This document shows positions 1 to 10,221 of a DNA stretch of 64,000 nucleotides, in pieces. The number at the start of each line of letters is the position of its first letter. The stretch's first letter is position 1. Under the pieces are notes generated by a model that had not been told where the DNA came from, made no database searches, and saw only the letters and a program-made list of their open reading frames with translations. The DNA is from Coleofasciculus chthonoplastes F2-STO-03 (GTDB taxonomy: Bacteria > Cyanobacteriota > Cyanobacteriia > Cyanobacteriales > Coleofasciculaceae): the NCBI GenBank assembly GCA_040222015.1, contig JAVJWO010000216.1, forward strand, positions 62,656 to 126,655. Direction: 5' to 3'. A program made the position numbers and the translations under genes.

Positions 1-833
1 CATAAAACACCGAACACAGAGGCAAGGAGATCACTGGTTCCAGCACTTCCGGCAACGTGGATCATATCAAACAGATTGTTGGCGACTTGTTGTTCATTTA
101 ACTGATACGACGCCCCGAACTCTAGATAATCTTGATACTTGGGAGATTTTTTGTAAGTGTCTACTAACCCTTGGCGATGCTGAATGTGCGATCGCGTCTT
201 ATTCCTCAACAGTGTATTATGAATAAGATTGGGAACAGTCGCTAATCCTAACCCTCCAATATAACCAACTGAGCCAGCAATTTCTTCCTCAGATAATTTG
301 AGGTCAAGAATCAGTTCGTGTAATAGGGCGACGATCATTTTGGGTAAGTCGATTTTAACATCGATTATTCCCTGCTTGGTCGCTGTAGCTAGTCTTGTAT
401 CGACTAGCTGTGCCAGTGTCTCTGTCGTTTCTTCGGGTTCCGGTAAGGCGTGAAAAAATAACGCTCGGATTCCTGTATGTTCATCACCATTGGTTCCTAA
501 ACATAAGGGATGACCGAGAAAATAACTGCGAGCATTGATTTTCAAGGGTCCCAAATAATTATCCCGTTGCTGAGGTGTGGTTTCAACCAGTCTTTTGGCG
601 TCAGCGTAGGAGGTATGGATGATTCCCTGATCCAAACCCAGAAATTTATCGGAGATCCGTTCCTTCCGCACATACAAATAATCTCGCCATTGCTTGGTTA
701 GTACCGGAAGGTCTAAAAAATAAGCCCTTAAACGAATGACTTTGCCAAGGGGATTGTTCTGACCAATTTTTGCCAAGAGGCGCGAGAACTTGAGTTGACG
801 CTCATGGACTTCGAGTATTTTTTGATTGTCCAT
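1..833 (-). CDS. Cytochrome P450, N-terminal ~277 aa (runs off the window edge); atypical, possibly CYP74-like
   Basis: Not in the ORF track. Manual translation from ATG 833 is open to position 1: MDNQKILEVHERQ...LGTNGDEHTGIRALF (C-helix-like)...VANNLFDMIHVAGSAGTSDLL (I-helix-like). The heme Cys would lie outside the window. Confidence 0.7.
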   Translation of the reverse strand, partial: MDNQKILEVHERQLKFSRLLAKIGQNNPLGKVIRLRAYFLDLPVLTKQWRDYLYVRKERISDKFLGLDQGIIHTSYADAKRLVETTPQQRDNYLGPLKINARSYFLGHPLCLGTNGDEHTGIRALFFHALPEPEETTETLAQLVDTRLATATKQGIIDVKIDLPKMIVALLHELILDLKLSEEEIAGSVGYIGGLGLATVPNLIHNTLLRNKTRSHIQHRQGLVDTYKKSPKYQDYLEFGASYQLNEQQVANNLFDMIHVAGSAGTSDLLASVFGVL

Positions 834-1036
834 CCTAATTCCTATGGGTTTGGGTTGCTGGAAAGGGTTAATTTATAACTTTATCATCATACGTGTTGAA
901 CTTTATTGTGTTCGGCTCAATTTTGGCAAATAATCTCAACATTTCTTAATAAAATGAAGTGAGACTAAACCGACTTGAAAGATGAATAAAAATAGTATAC
1001 AGTATAAATCTGTCCCAAAATGGAGCCAGTCGAGCC

Positions 1037-1222
1037 AGTTTAAATGAGTTGTGAACACCAATAGGGCTGAAAATATTGCCCAGCAAGGAGCGCTATTTCA
1101 CAACTGATTTAGAGGGAGCATCCAAATTTGGCACGTTGGCTCTTTAAATGGGGCTGAAACCCTTGCAATTGCTTTACTTGAGGTAATGCTTTGTCCAAAA
1201 CGGGATGCTCCCGATTTAGACT
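1037..1222. mobile_element. Outer MITE-like element with ~19-bp imperfect terminal inverted repeats
   Basis: AGTTTAAATGAGTTGTGAA ... TTCACAACTGATTTAGACT (2 mismatches); the right repeat is interrupted by the inner MITE. Confidence 0.55.
1114..1212. mobile_element. 99-bp MITE with 8-bp target-site duplication
   Basis: TIR GGGAGCATCC...GGATGCTCCC flanked by direct repeat GATTTAGA (1106-1113 and 1213-1220). Confidence 0.85.
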
Positions 1223-1453
1223 CATCATCAATCATTGAATTTTCTCTAGTCCATGTATTGACAAATCTATTGCTATTTGCTAAAAAAGCCGCTTGTTTGT
1301 TGGTTATTGACCAATTGCTAATGGGTCAACAACTCATCGCCCTGATCCGGCTTCAGCCTTGAGGCTATTTTATGAATAATTAGGGATTCCGGCATTATCC
1401 GAAACAAGACACCAATAAACTCGTAACCTTTCTTTTGACAAAAGGATATCAAC

Positions 1454-3418
1454 ATGACCAAGACGCAAACGATTGTTCAAGAACTCTTACAAGTTTTAAA
1501 GCTCAGGCTAATTAACACGTCTAGCGTTCAGCAAAAACTCAAGAAAAAAGCGGCAAAACAACGATCGCAGTTAAGTAAAGTTGTGGGTCAGCTTGTCTTC
1601 AGTGACACCCAAAACCCCTTACATAATATGGAAGTGGAATTGTGGGATCGAGACATTGGCACGCCCGAAGATTATCTAGGGAAAGGGATAACGGATCGCA
1701 ATGGGTATTTTGAGATTTACTATGATCCAGACCAAGCGGGGTTTAAGGACACCCCAGATTTAGAACTGAGAGTCATTGAAATTCGCAGCAGCTTCGATAC
1801 CAACAATGAACTGGTGCTTACCAAGCGTCTCGCCTATACGATTAAAGGTCCTGATAATGTTACGCAAAAAGAGTATGACTTCGGCACTTGCACTGTTCCC
1901 TACTGGCTTTACAACGCCACCAACCCCTTCCCCCGCATTCTGTTTACTGAGTTAGAGGGAACACCGGACGAAGATGCAATTGGTCGTAAACTACAAGGGT
2001 ATGAAGCGGCAAATCATTTAACCCCAATTAAAGCCAAGCACGTTATCAAAAATACGCTCAATCCGAATCAACCCTCTCTCCAGGAAATTCAAGCTGATTA
2101 TCCACCCAATTCAACGATTGAACTAGAGCGAAAAAATCCGCGCTACACCCGAAGTGATGAATTTTTTGGACTACGGGTTCTCAATGGGATGAATCCCTGC
2201 TTACCGAAAAAAAATAAGAGTAAGCCGAATGAGTACAAGGTTACGTTTAACTGGGATACTTACGAAAAAGATCAGATTCATGACCTGCACAACGTCGATG
2301 CGACGTTTGAGGTCAAAGATGGCAAGTTATTACCCACTTCGATTACCATTCAAAGCCGATATCCTGATTCCTACGCTCCATTTTCTCCCCTGAAAGAACC
2401 GATTACCTATACCCCCAATGACGGCGAGAAATGGTTGCAGGCAAAGCGAATTTTCCGCACCAACACTTTCTTCGCGGCTGAGCTGATTGAACATTATATT
2501 AAAGCTCATTTACAGATGGAGCAATATACAGTTGCGGCTTTCCGTAACTTGAGAAAAAATCCCCTCCGTCTGATGTTAATTCCTCATCTCAAGAGCTTGA
2601 TTAATATCAATCGACGGGCGGATACGGTATTGGTAGACCCAAATGAGGGCTATGTTGTCACGGCTGGTCCCTTGATTCCAGAAAGTGTGGTGCAGATTTG
2701 TCATGAGAGCATGTCGCAGTTGGATTGGAAAGGGTGGCAACCGCGTCAGCCGTTATGTGAAACGCATACCTTTGCTAAGATTGCTAATCTCTATTGGCAG
2801 CTTTTGACGGAATATATTGATGTCTTTTTCCAAACGTATCAGGATGAGATTGAACGCGAATGGATTGAAATTCATCGGTTATCGGATGACTTGGTTAACC
2901 ATAGTGTGGCGTATGAACCAGGAAAAGATGGTGGCGGCGACGATGGGTATGAATGGTATGATACCAATGAACTGACTCAGCCGAATAATTCCCGCCGCAC
3001 CATCAATGGCAGTCTGAAAGTGGTGAGTCCGGTGACGCTATCGGATAAACCCGATGCCAATGATATGGAATACTTAAAACAGTTCTGTCGGTTTGTGATT
3101 TTCCACGTAACCCTGTGGCATTCCTGGGTTAATGATTCCCAAACAGATGCTGGAGGAGAAGTCTTGTATAGTTCTCTCGGACTGCGGAATGGTAGTTTTG
3201 GGAATGAGGATGATCCGACAATTGCTCCAGATTCAGGAGAAGCGACGCAACTGCTTTATTTGGTGAATGTGTTAACGGCGATTAAGTATGGATACATCAT
3301 CAAGAATGAAGATGGGGATATTCCCGCCGAATTTCGCACAATTCTGTCAAATCACAAGCAAGATTTTGCCCAACTGGATTTTGATGTGAATAACATTAGA
3401 GCGCTGATTAATGTTTGA
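1454..3418 (+). CDS. Lipoxygenase with N-terminal transthyretin-like beta domain
   Basis: DEFFGLRVLNGMNP, EHYIKAHL (HxxxxH), RKNPLRLMLIPHL, WHSWVN and C-terminal INV correspond to LOX iron-ligand motifs; N-terminal VELWDRD..YLG.GITDRNGYFEI. Confidence 0.85.
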   Translation: MTKTQTIVQELLQVLKLRLINTSSVQQKLKKKAAKQRSQLSKVVGQLVFSDTQNPLHNMEVELWDRDIGTPEDYLGKGITDRNGYFEIYYDPDQAGFKDTPDLELRVIEIRSSFDTNNELVLTKRLAYTIKGPDNVTQKEYDFGTCTVPYWLYNATNPFPRILFTELEGTPDEDAIGRKLQGYEAANHLTPIKAKHVIKNTLNPNQPSLQEIQADYPPNSTIELERKNPRYTRSDEFFGLRVLNGMNPCLPKKNKSKPNEYKVTFNWDTYEKDQIHDLHNVDATFEVKDGKLLPTSITIQSRYPDSYAPFSPLKEPITYTPNDGEKWLQAKRIFRTNTFFAAELIEHYIKAHLQMEQYTVAAFRNLRKNPLRLMLIPHLKSLININRRADTVLVDPNEGYVVTAGPLIPESVVQICHESMSQLDWKGWQPRQPLCETHTFAKIANLYWQLLTEYIDVFFQTYQDEIEREWIEIHRLSDDLVNHSVAYEPGKDGGGDDGYEWYDTNELTQPNNSRRTINGSLKVVSPVTLSDKPDANDMEYLKQFCRFVIFHVTLWHSWVNDSQTDAGGEVLYSSLGLRNGSFGNEDDPTIAPDSGEATQLLYLVNVLTAIKYGYIIKNEDGDIPAEFRTILSNHKQDFAQLDFDVNNIRALINV

Positions 3419-3702
3419 TGGATATTGTATCCAGTCTGTGGGGGCGCAATGCATTGCGCCCTTTATTTAATTGCGCCGTTGACCCCAGCGAATTTCCAAA
3501 TTATGCCCAGCATTAATATCGGTGGGTTACGGCGGAGAGTTCATTGAATGGTTATCGCCTCAATTAAAGTCCCGCCTAACCCACCCTACGGTTATGGCGC
3601 ATTTTCAACCAGGATTTAGTTACCTAATGTTACGTTGGCAAAAAACTGAGTCCCAGGTCATGTACGGTTATAGATGAACCCCTACTCAGTTGGTGTTCGC
3701 CA

Positions 3703-4467
3703 ATGCCTTCCTCGATTTCTCCTCTATCCCAGCCAGAACCGGAAAATACATGTCCGGATTGCCTGTATATGACATTGGCAGGGATTCCGGTGCAACCTGT
3801 AGAACATCCTGACTATCTGGAGTTTCTGCAACCGTTTCACAATCCCCAAATTGACCTGTATTTAACACTCAGGTTTAGCCAGCAGTGGGAATCTTTACCT
3901 CAAGGGCGGATTCAATTTGGACTCAAAGGGGGAGCATTAAGACTGAGGGTAGAGGGGGGTGAGATTCCTTATGAGTCTCGGATTATGGGTTCTATGGAAT
4001 TGGTTCTGCCAACGGTTGAGACGGATTCCCCAGCCAATCGTCCTAGCCGCGATCGCACTTCACCTGAGTTCGATATGCCAACCTTTGATTCGCAGGAGAA
4101 TGGAGCAACCGAACCACAATTACAGAAGCGTCAAACCGATTATCATTCGATTTGTCACATTACTACAAAAGTAACCGAAGAAAACCCCGCCTGGATTTTT
4201 GAAGAAGAACGGGGACAGCCCGTTTTAAATGGCTGGCTGAACCAAGTCAAACTCGGCACATTGAATGTCTCTGCCCTTCCTTGTCGTTTGGACGCCACAT
4301 TTGAAGTATCGCGACGAGATATTTGTTTGACTCAAGTTGACCGATTGTGGAGTCCGGAGATTAGTCGCAATAAACAGGCGGTGCTAGACAGACTAATTAT
4401 TCAGCAGTTGTTGGAACGTAAATGTAAGCCCTATCTCAGTCGAGTTGAGTTGCACTATGATGGATGA
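3703..4467 (+). CDS. Conserved cyanobacterial hypothetical protein, coupled to the downstream pentapeptide gene
   Basis: 254-aa ORF; its stop overlaps ATGATGGATGA at the next start. Confidence 0.7.
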   Translation: MPSSISPLSQPEPENTCPDCLYMTLAGIPVQPVEHPDYLEFLQPFHNPQIDLYLTLRFSQQWESLPQGRIQFGLKGGALRLRVEGGEIPYESRIMGSMELVLPTVETDSPANRPSRDRTSPEFDMPTFDSQENGATEPQLQKRQTDYHSICHITTKVTEENPAWIFEEERGQPVLNGWLNQVKLGTLNVSALPCRLDATFEVSRRDICLTQVDRLWSPEISRNKQAVLDRLIIQQLLERKCKPYLSRVELHYDG

Positions 4468-5539
4468 ACGTTTTTTTAGCCAACTCCAAGCCCTAATTCA
4501 GAAGGTTGTCACCGCCAAAACTGAAAATTTAGCTCAACTGGCGGCAATGGTGGGTCTGAATTTGGCACGAGATTTCGCCGAGTCTAATCTCAGAGATACG
4601 AATCTGAGAGGGGCTAACTTGGTGAAAGCCAATCTTAGAGGTACTGATTTGCATGGCGCTAACCTGATGAAGGCGAGGCTGTGTGGGGCGGATTTGCGCG
4701 GGGCGGATTTGATTCAGGCTAATCTGTGTGGGGCGGATCTGAGACAGGCAAATCTGCGTGGTGCGGTGTTGTCGAATGCGGATCTAACTCAGGCAAACTT
4801 AGAGGGGGCGAACCTCACTGATGCTAATTTACAGGGGACAACGCTGAACTATGCCAATCTGAAAATGGTTGATTTGAGAGGTGCTCATCTCTACCAGGCT
4901 TATCTCTATGCCGCTAACTTGAGTGACGCGAAACTTAGGGGAGCTAATCTGGGAAAAACTGACCTGAGAGAGGCGAACCTGAAGCAGGCTTCGATTATTC
5001 GTGCTTATTTGGGAGAGGCTAATCTGCAAGGTGCTGATCTTGACGGCGCGAATCTGAGTGAATCGGATCTGAGTCAAGCGAAACTCAATCGTGCAAAATT
5101 GCGGAATACTCAGCTACGGAATACGGATTTTAGCCTCAGCGATTTAAATCAGGCAACTCTAATTCGCGCCAATGCGAGCCATGCTCACCTAATTCGCGCC
5201 AACTTACGGGGCGCAGATTTGATTCGCACGAATCTCACTGGGGCTGACTTACAAGGAGCAGATTTGAGTTTGGCTGATCTGAGTTTGGCGAACCTTTATC
5301 TGGCGAACTTAGGCAATGCAAACTTAATTGGCGCTAATTTGAGCATTGCTGAACTCGGCGGCGCGAATCTGAGTCGAGCCAACTTGAATCAGGCAGATTT
5401 GAGAGGGGCAAATGTAGAAAATGCCGAGTTTGCTGGCAATCCGGGATTATCTGATGAGATGAAACGGGTATTAAAACGGCGGGGTGCTATCTTGACCGAG
5501 GTAAAGAGCGATCGCGTGGGGGCGTTGGCGTCTCGGTAA
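4445..5539 (+). CDS. Pentapeptide repeat protein (true start probably ATG 4458 or 4461)
   Basis: Long run of A(D/N)LxG repeats. Confidence 0.9.
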   Translation: MSCTMMDERFFSQLQALIQKVVTAKTENLAQLAAMVGLNLARDFAESNLRDTNLRGANLVKANLRGTDLHGANLMKARLCGADLRGADLIQANLCGADLRQANLRGAVLSNADLTQANLEGANLTDANLQGTTLNYANLKMVDLRGAHLYQAYLYAANLSDAKLRGANLGKTDLREANLKQASIIRAYLGEANLQGADLDGANLSESDLSQAKLNRAKLRNTQLRNTDFSLSDLNQATLIRANASHAHLIRANLRGADLIRTNLTGADLQGADLSLADLSLANLYLANLGNANLIGANLSIAELGGANLSRANLNQADLRGANVENAEFAGNPGLSDEMKRVLKRRGAILTEVKSDRVGALASR

Positions 5540-5713
5540 CTGGATGCGAGGTACTCTTTTTTCCAGGTTGTGCGATCGCGAAGTTACGGCTACGTCTTCA
5601 TTGTCCCTACTGTTCTAGAGGGTCTATAGGAGCGCACATTTTCCCATGGTAAAAAAGTACCTGAACCAACCCAAAAAGTCAAGGGCTGACTCAATTTTTC
5701 CAAGGTGTATCGC

Positions 5714-8212
5714 TCAAACCTGAGAAGAGGGTTGACAACTCAGAGCCGCTTGAGGATAAGCAATCCGCTGGTGATTACACTGTTGCCAAACTTTGACAAA
5801 GACTTCCGCCGTAGTCAATAATTCTTCTTTGGTTAACCCCGAATCAACTAACTGATTATCTTGCCATCGGGCTTTGAGGATTTTCTTAACCGTGATTAAA
5901 GCCGTATCCGGGGTAACATCCTTAAGCGATCGCAGCGCCGCTTCACAGGCATCGGCTAACATGACAATCCCAGTTTCTCGCGACTGAGGAATCGGTCCAT
6001 CATAGCGAAAGTCTGCTTCTTGCACCGAATCTCCCCCCTTTTCCTGAGCGCGTTGCTTGGCTTGAAAGTAAAAATAGGAAATCAGCAGTTTACCTTGGTG
6101 TTCGGGAATAAAATCCCGAATGGCTTTCGGTAACTGATGTTTGCGAGCCATGACCAACCCTTCAGAGACATGCTTTTTAATAATCTCGGCACTCTTACGG
6201 GGGTTGTTAATTTGATCATGTTTATTAGGACCGCCCATTTGATTTTCAATAAATCCCAACGGATCATGCATTTTGCCAATATCGTGATACAAAGTACCTG
6301 CCCTCACCAGTTCCACATTACAGTGAAGTTCACGGGCGGCGGCTTCGGCTAACGAGGCAACAAACAAGGTATGTTGGAATGTTCCTGGCGCTTCCGTGGC
6401 TAACCGTTTGAGCAATGAACGGTTGGGATTGGACAACTCCGCTAAACGAATTGGCGTCACCAAATCAAACAAGCGTTCTAGATAAGGAGAGAGTCCCAGT
6501 GCCACAATACTCCAGGCTAACCCCGATACCCCGTAGAGAGCTGCACCCGGTAGCACCGCGTACCAAATTGTGCCAGCACTGGCACTCATAATCAGATTCA
6601 GGACGAGATGAACGCTGCCCTGGGTCAATCCCACGATACCGCCTAACAACGCCAATTCCTCCCGCGATCGCATCCGTCCGGCAACTAACGCCCCCACCAA
6701 ACCCCCGGTACCACCCGCGATTAAAAATTCCCAGCTCACCTCCATGCTAAATGTGACCAAGCCGGTCAACAGTGTCACCACAGTCGCACCCAAGCTTGAC
6801 CCATAGAAACTCCCCACTAACAACCCAATGGCGGGCAGGCTATTATATTGCCCCCCCAATAGTGCCAAGATGGGTGTACTTAAACTCAACAGCAGCACCA
6901 AAATATGGTCGCGTCGCCGCAGGGGGGGATGAACTTGACGTTCGACCAACCAAAAAATACCAACTCCCCCGGTAACCAAACCGCCAAATCCAATCAGCCC
7001 GATCCAGTTAATTTCGCGACGACTCAAGCCATAGTAATCCAGCAGAACAAAATCCGCCTGGGTAATTTCCTCGCCCGCTTCGACAATGACTTCTCCTGCT
7101 TGAGCCGTCACCATCACTGGATCTACCGATCGAGCGGCTTGTTCTGCCCGACGTTTGGTTTGTTCTGTATCTTCAATTAGATTGGGCTTTAAGTTAGAGG
7201 TCAGCAGTTCCAGGGCTAAGGGTTGTGCCTCAGCCGGAATCAGCGTACTCACCTGCACCGCTACCGCATTGTCTAATAGATCCGAGGGCAATCCCGGCGG
7301 AATTCCTTGGGTCAGAATGTGGCGAGTGGCATCCTGAATTCCCTGTCGAGTTTTCTGCCAAGCGGAATCAGGCAGATCGAGTACGGATGCATCGTAGGCA
7401 GGAGTTGAGTCCGGGGTTACACTTGATGACAGTTGAGCCACTGCCTTTTGGTAACCCTGACGAGCTTTACTGGCTGTCTGCATCAACTCAGAGAAGGCTG
7501 GAGTAGACGCTACTTGACGGTAACTTTGCAATTCGCTTACCGCTTGGATAAACTCCCGAGTCAACGGTTTTTTCTCTCGGTTCGGGATAACCACTCCAGG
7601 CTCAAAGGGGTTGACCGGAGCATTATCTTCGACGAAAGCAACAATAGCTTGCCATTCCCAGGCTTCACTCTGGCGCAGATACTGCTGGGTGGCGGCGGAC
7701 AAGACGGAGGTTGGCACAAACGGAAACGAACCACTCATTTCTCGCCATTGGTCTATTTTGTCCAATGATTGTTGTAGGTTTTGATCCATCTCTTGGGTCA
7801 AAGATTTGTCAATCATTAAAACGGGGAACGAACCCGTCTGAGCCTCTTTGCGTTTTTCTTCTGTGGTTTTTGTGTCCTCAACACTGGCGTCAAAGCGAGC
7901 GCGGATGGTATAGGGGGCGTCCCTACCAACATCGAGGGTTGGTTGATTGTAAAAACGGTTTCCCATCACGCTGGTGAGAGAAACGACGGCTAAGACAAAC
8001 ATGACGGGTGAACGTCCTTGCCGCTTTGCTGATGGTGGTAGATTGCCTTTTGTCCCCAGGAAGGAAAGGGTTTGTTTTAACGGATGACCTGGCTTTTTTT
8101 GCTCAGGGGAAAGATGACCATCAGATCCGAGGAATGGAAGGATGGTACGAAATTGCTCAGATTTTTGCCGCAGGTGGTTTAGCTGTTGCGTCAACGAGTG
8201 GAGCGTTTTCAT
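5714..8212 (-). CDS. 7TM-HD (HDIG) phosphohydrolase, PgpH-like putative c-di-AMP phosphodiesterase
   Basis: Extracellular region, multiple TM helices, APGTFQHT, LYHDIGK, EHQG, IVMLADACEAA. Confidence 0.85.
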   Translation of the reverse strand: MKTLHSLTQQLNHLRQKSEQFRTILPFLGSDGHLSPEQKKPGHPLKQTLSFLGTKGNLPPSAKRQGRSPVMFVLAVVSLTSVMGNRFYNQPTLDVGRDAPYTIRARFDASVEDTKTTEEKRKEAQTGSFPVLMIDKSLTQEMDQNLQQSLDKIDQWREMSGSFPFVPTSVLSAATQQYLRQSEAWEWQAIVAFVEDNAPVNPFEPGVVIPNREKKPLTREFIQAVSELQSYRQVASTPAFSELMQTASKARQGYQKAVAQLSSSVTPDSTPAYDASVLDLPDSAWQKTRQGIQDATRHILTQGIPPGLPSDLLDNAVAVQVSTLIPAEAQPLALELLTSNLKPNLIEDTEQTKRRAEQAARSVDPVMVTAQAGEVIVEAGEEITQADFVLLDYYGLSRREINWIGLIGFGGLVTGGVGIFWLVERQVHPPLRRRDHILVLLLSLSTPILALLGGQYNSLPAIGLLVGSFYGSSLGATVVTLLTGLVTFSMEVSWEFLIAGGTGGLVGALVAGRMRSREELALLGGIVGLTQGSVHLVLNLIMSASAGTIWYAVLPGAALYGVSGLAWSIVALGLSPYLERLFDLVTPIRLAELSNPNRSLLKRLATEAPGTFQHTLFVASLAEAAARELHCNVELVRAGTLYHDIGKMHDPLGFIENQMGGPNKHDQINNPRKSAEIIKKHVSEGLVMARKHQLPKAIRDFIPEHQGKLLISYFYFQAKQRAQEKGGDSVQEADFRYDGPIPQSRETGIVMLADACEAALRSLKDVTPDTALITVKKILKARWQDNQLVDSGLTKEELLTTAEVFVKVWQQCNHQRIAYPQAALSCQPSSQV

Positions 8213-8291
8213 AGCAGAAGAGTTGCCTTTTTAGGTGAGCGGTAGCGGTGAAACCGCGAGGCAGACAGGTGGGGATTTGCGGTCAGTTCAT

Positions 8292-8677
8292 CGAAAATTG
8301 GGGTTGGTAAGATTTGAAGTCCCTACCGCCTTGGGTCTACTCACTAGGCGTGACATTTTGCATTTGTATGCCAGCTTGGGCAGTTACAAGCTCAAAGCTT
8401 TCGACCTGTACGCATAAGGGTTGTTTGATTGGGCTTGCGCCCCTCCCGTTTCCGGGGTGATGTTTGCCTCGCCAATGTTAACGGTCGGTACTTTCCAAGT
8501 AGCACTGGCTTAACCCCTTAGACCTGTTTAACCACTTGGTTCTAGAGCTACAGACTGGCACGCATCCGTAGGTAGGACTTTTAACTCTTGCCGTTAACGT
8601 AGTGCGCTAAGCACTTAGGACTGGTCAGGTATAGGCTTTTTCAAGGCCCCGGAACTTATAGCCGTGGGGTTCCTGAC
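8292..8677 (-). mobile_element. Non-autonomous IS200/IS605 (OMEGA) element: HEARO/omega-RNA without IscB
   Basis: Minus strand starts GTCAGGAACCCC...GGGGCCTTG and contains GACCAG, CTACGTT, GGATGC-CCAGTC, TTAAACAG and AACATTGGCGAGG; only an ATGCGT stub follows; ends ...TTTTCG before ATGA. Confidence 0.75.
8420..8677 (-). ncRNA. Orphan omega-RNA (HEARO-like) scaffold
   Basis: Motif order matches my recollection of HEARO/IscB omega-RNA; boundaries are approximate. Confidence 0.7.
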
Positions 8678-8758
8678 TGGGTTTCAGTTAGTCGGCTGTA
8701 ATGTTTGAGTTTAGCTCTTTTTAGCTGACAAAACATGGCTTATCCACCTATCTATAAC

Positions 8759-9739
8759 TTATAAACGACGTTGAATGATATTTGGTGCAGCAACGGCTGC
8801 TTGTTTGTACCGACCATTGATTTGTTTTTGATCGTAAACCCCTAGCCAAACCGCTAGTAATTGGTCTGTTAATTTTTGCCTCTCTTTGAAGACCGGAATT
8901 TTTAGGGCAGCAACTCGCCAGCTAACTGGAATACCGTTGATACCGTTATAAACACCCGCTAATGCCCCTGTCAAAGCTGCCGTTACTGGGTTGTGGTAAC
9001 CACTACGAACGGCACGGATGACACAGAGACGAAAATCTTCGGGTGTATAGAGGAAAAAATAAAAGCTTAAAGCGATCGCCATATCTGATACATCCCCCCT
9101 ATTACCTAAATTTGCTGGTAGACGGCGCACCTTCCTCGTGGTGGTTTCTAAATCTGCACCTGCTTCTATGAGGGTTTGAACCTGTTGTAATCGGTAGGCT
9201 AAGAGGGTTTGCTCTGTCCCTAAGCATCTCAGGATGTGGGGAATCAGGGTTGTTCGGTTAAGGGTTTCGGTGAGAGTCAGAGCCATGGCGGTAGCGATTG
9301 CCAACACCCCAACCGAGGCGTTGGTTTCGAGTTGCCAAATTGCTGCCGCCTGAACCAGGTGTTGCCGTAACCACTCTTGATTTTCGTGAAAAAAAAGCGC
9401 CATTGGCAGAGTTGCCACCGCTGCTTCGCTGCTTTGTGCTTTCCCTTTCAATTCTAGGAGTGAGGGTTGGGTTTGGCTACAGCGAATGATCCAATCGTCT
9501 ATATCCAGCCTGCCTGTGTCAATTAAACTCTCGATTCCACAAGTGGCGATTTGACTCCAAGCGGAGAGTTTGGGAATACAGAGGTGGGACTGACTCGGTT
9601 TTGGTTGGCTTGTGGTGAACTGAAGCGATTCTCTGCCAACTGGATTACCAAGTCCTTGATCAAGCTGATGGCTGACCAGCTCACCGATCAAGCTACCCAA
9701 TAATGCTCCTTGAAATCGGCACAGAAGAGAATGCTGCAT
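8759..9739 (-). CDS. ADP-ribosylglycohydrolase family protein (divergent)
   Basis: RFQGALLGSLIGE N-terminus and AALTGALAGVYNGINGIP..W C-terminus; the usual TDD and DxD metal ligands are not evident. Confidence 0.75.
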   Translation of the reverse strand: MQHSLLCRFQGALLGSLIGELVSHQLDQGLGNPVGRESLQFTTSQPKPSQSHLCIPKLSAWSQIATCGIESLIDTGRLDIDDWIIRCSQTQPSLLELKGKAQSSEAAVATLPMALFFHENQEWLRQHLVQAAAIWQLETNASVGVLAIATAMALTLTETLNRTTLIPHILRCLGTEQTLLAYRLQQVQTLIEAGADLETTTRKVRRLPANLGNRGDVSDMAIALSFYFFLYTPEDFRLCVIRAVRSGYHNPVTAALTGALAGVYNGINGIPVSWRVAALKIPVFKERQKLTDQLLAVWLGVYDQKQINGRYKQAAVAAPNIIQRRL

Positions 9740-10212
9740 TAATTTGCTCTTGCCCCTGTTTTCAGGGTATGGACGAGAGCTAAGAGTCCCAAGCGATAAC
9801 TTTCGGCTCCAAAACCGCTGATCTGACCAACAGCTATGGGGGCGATGAATGAGTGATGTCGAAATGGTTCGCGCTGATAGATATTACTCAAGTGTACTTC
9901 CACTACAGGCAGAGCTACGGCGGCTAAGGCGTCGCGTATGGCTACACTGGTATGAGTATAAGCACCAGCATTAATTAATATCCCCTGATGCTGCGTTCTC
10001 GCTGCTTGTATGGCATCAACTAAAACACCTTCATGGTTGGATTGTAACGTCACAACTTTGCAGGATAATGACTTTGCCTCCTGTTGCAGGAGTTGGTCAA
10101 TTTCTGCCAAGGTTACAGACCCATAAATACCAGGCTCTCGGAGTCCTAGAAGATTCAAGTTTGGACCATGGAGGACGAGAATACTGAAAGAACTCCGAGC
10201 TTCATTCGGCAC
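9739..10212 (-). CDS. aroQ: Type II 3-dehydroquinate dehydratase
   Basis: [40 protein letters not shown]. Confidence 0.97.
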   Translation of the reverse strand: MPNEARSSFSILVLHGPNLNLLGLREPGIYGSVTLAEIDQLLQQEAKSLSCKVVTLQSNHEGVLVDAIQAARTQHQGILINAGAYTHTSVAIRDALAAVALPVVEVHLSNIYQREPFRHHSFIAPIAVGQISGFGAESYRLGLLALVHTLKTGARAN

Positions 10213-10221
10213 GTTAACTAA

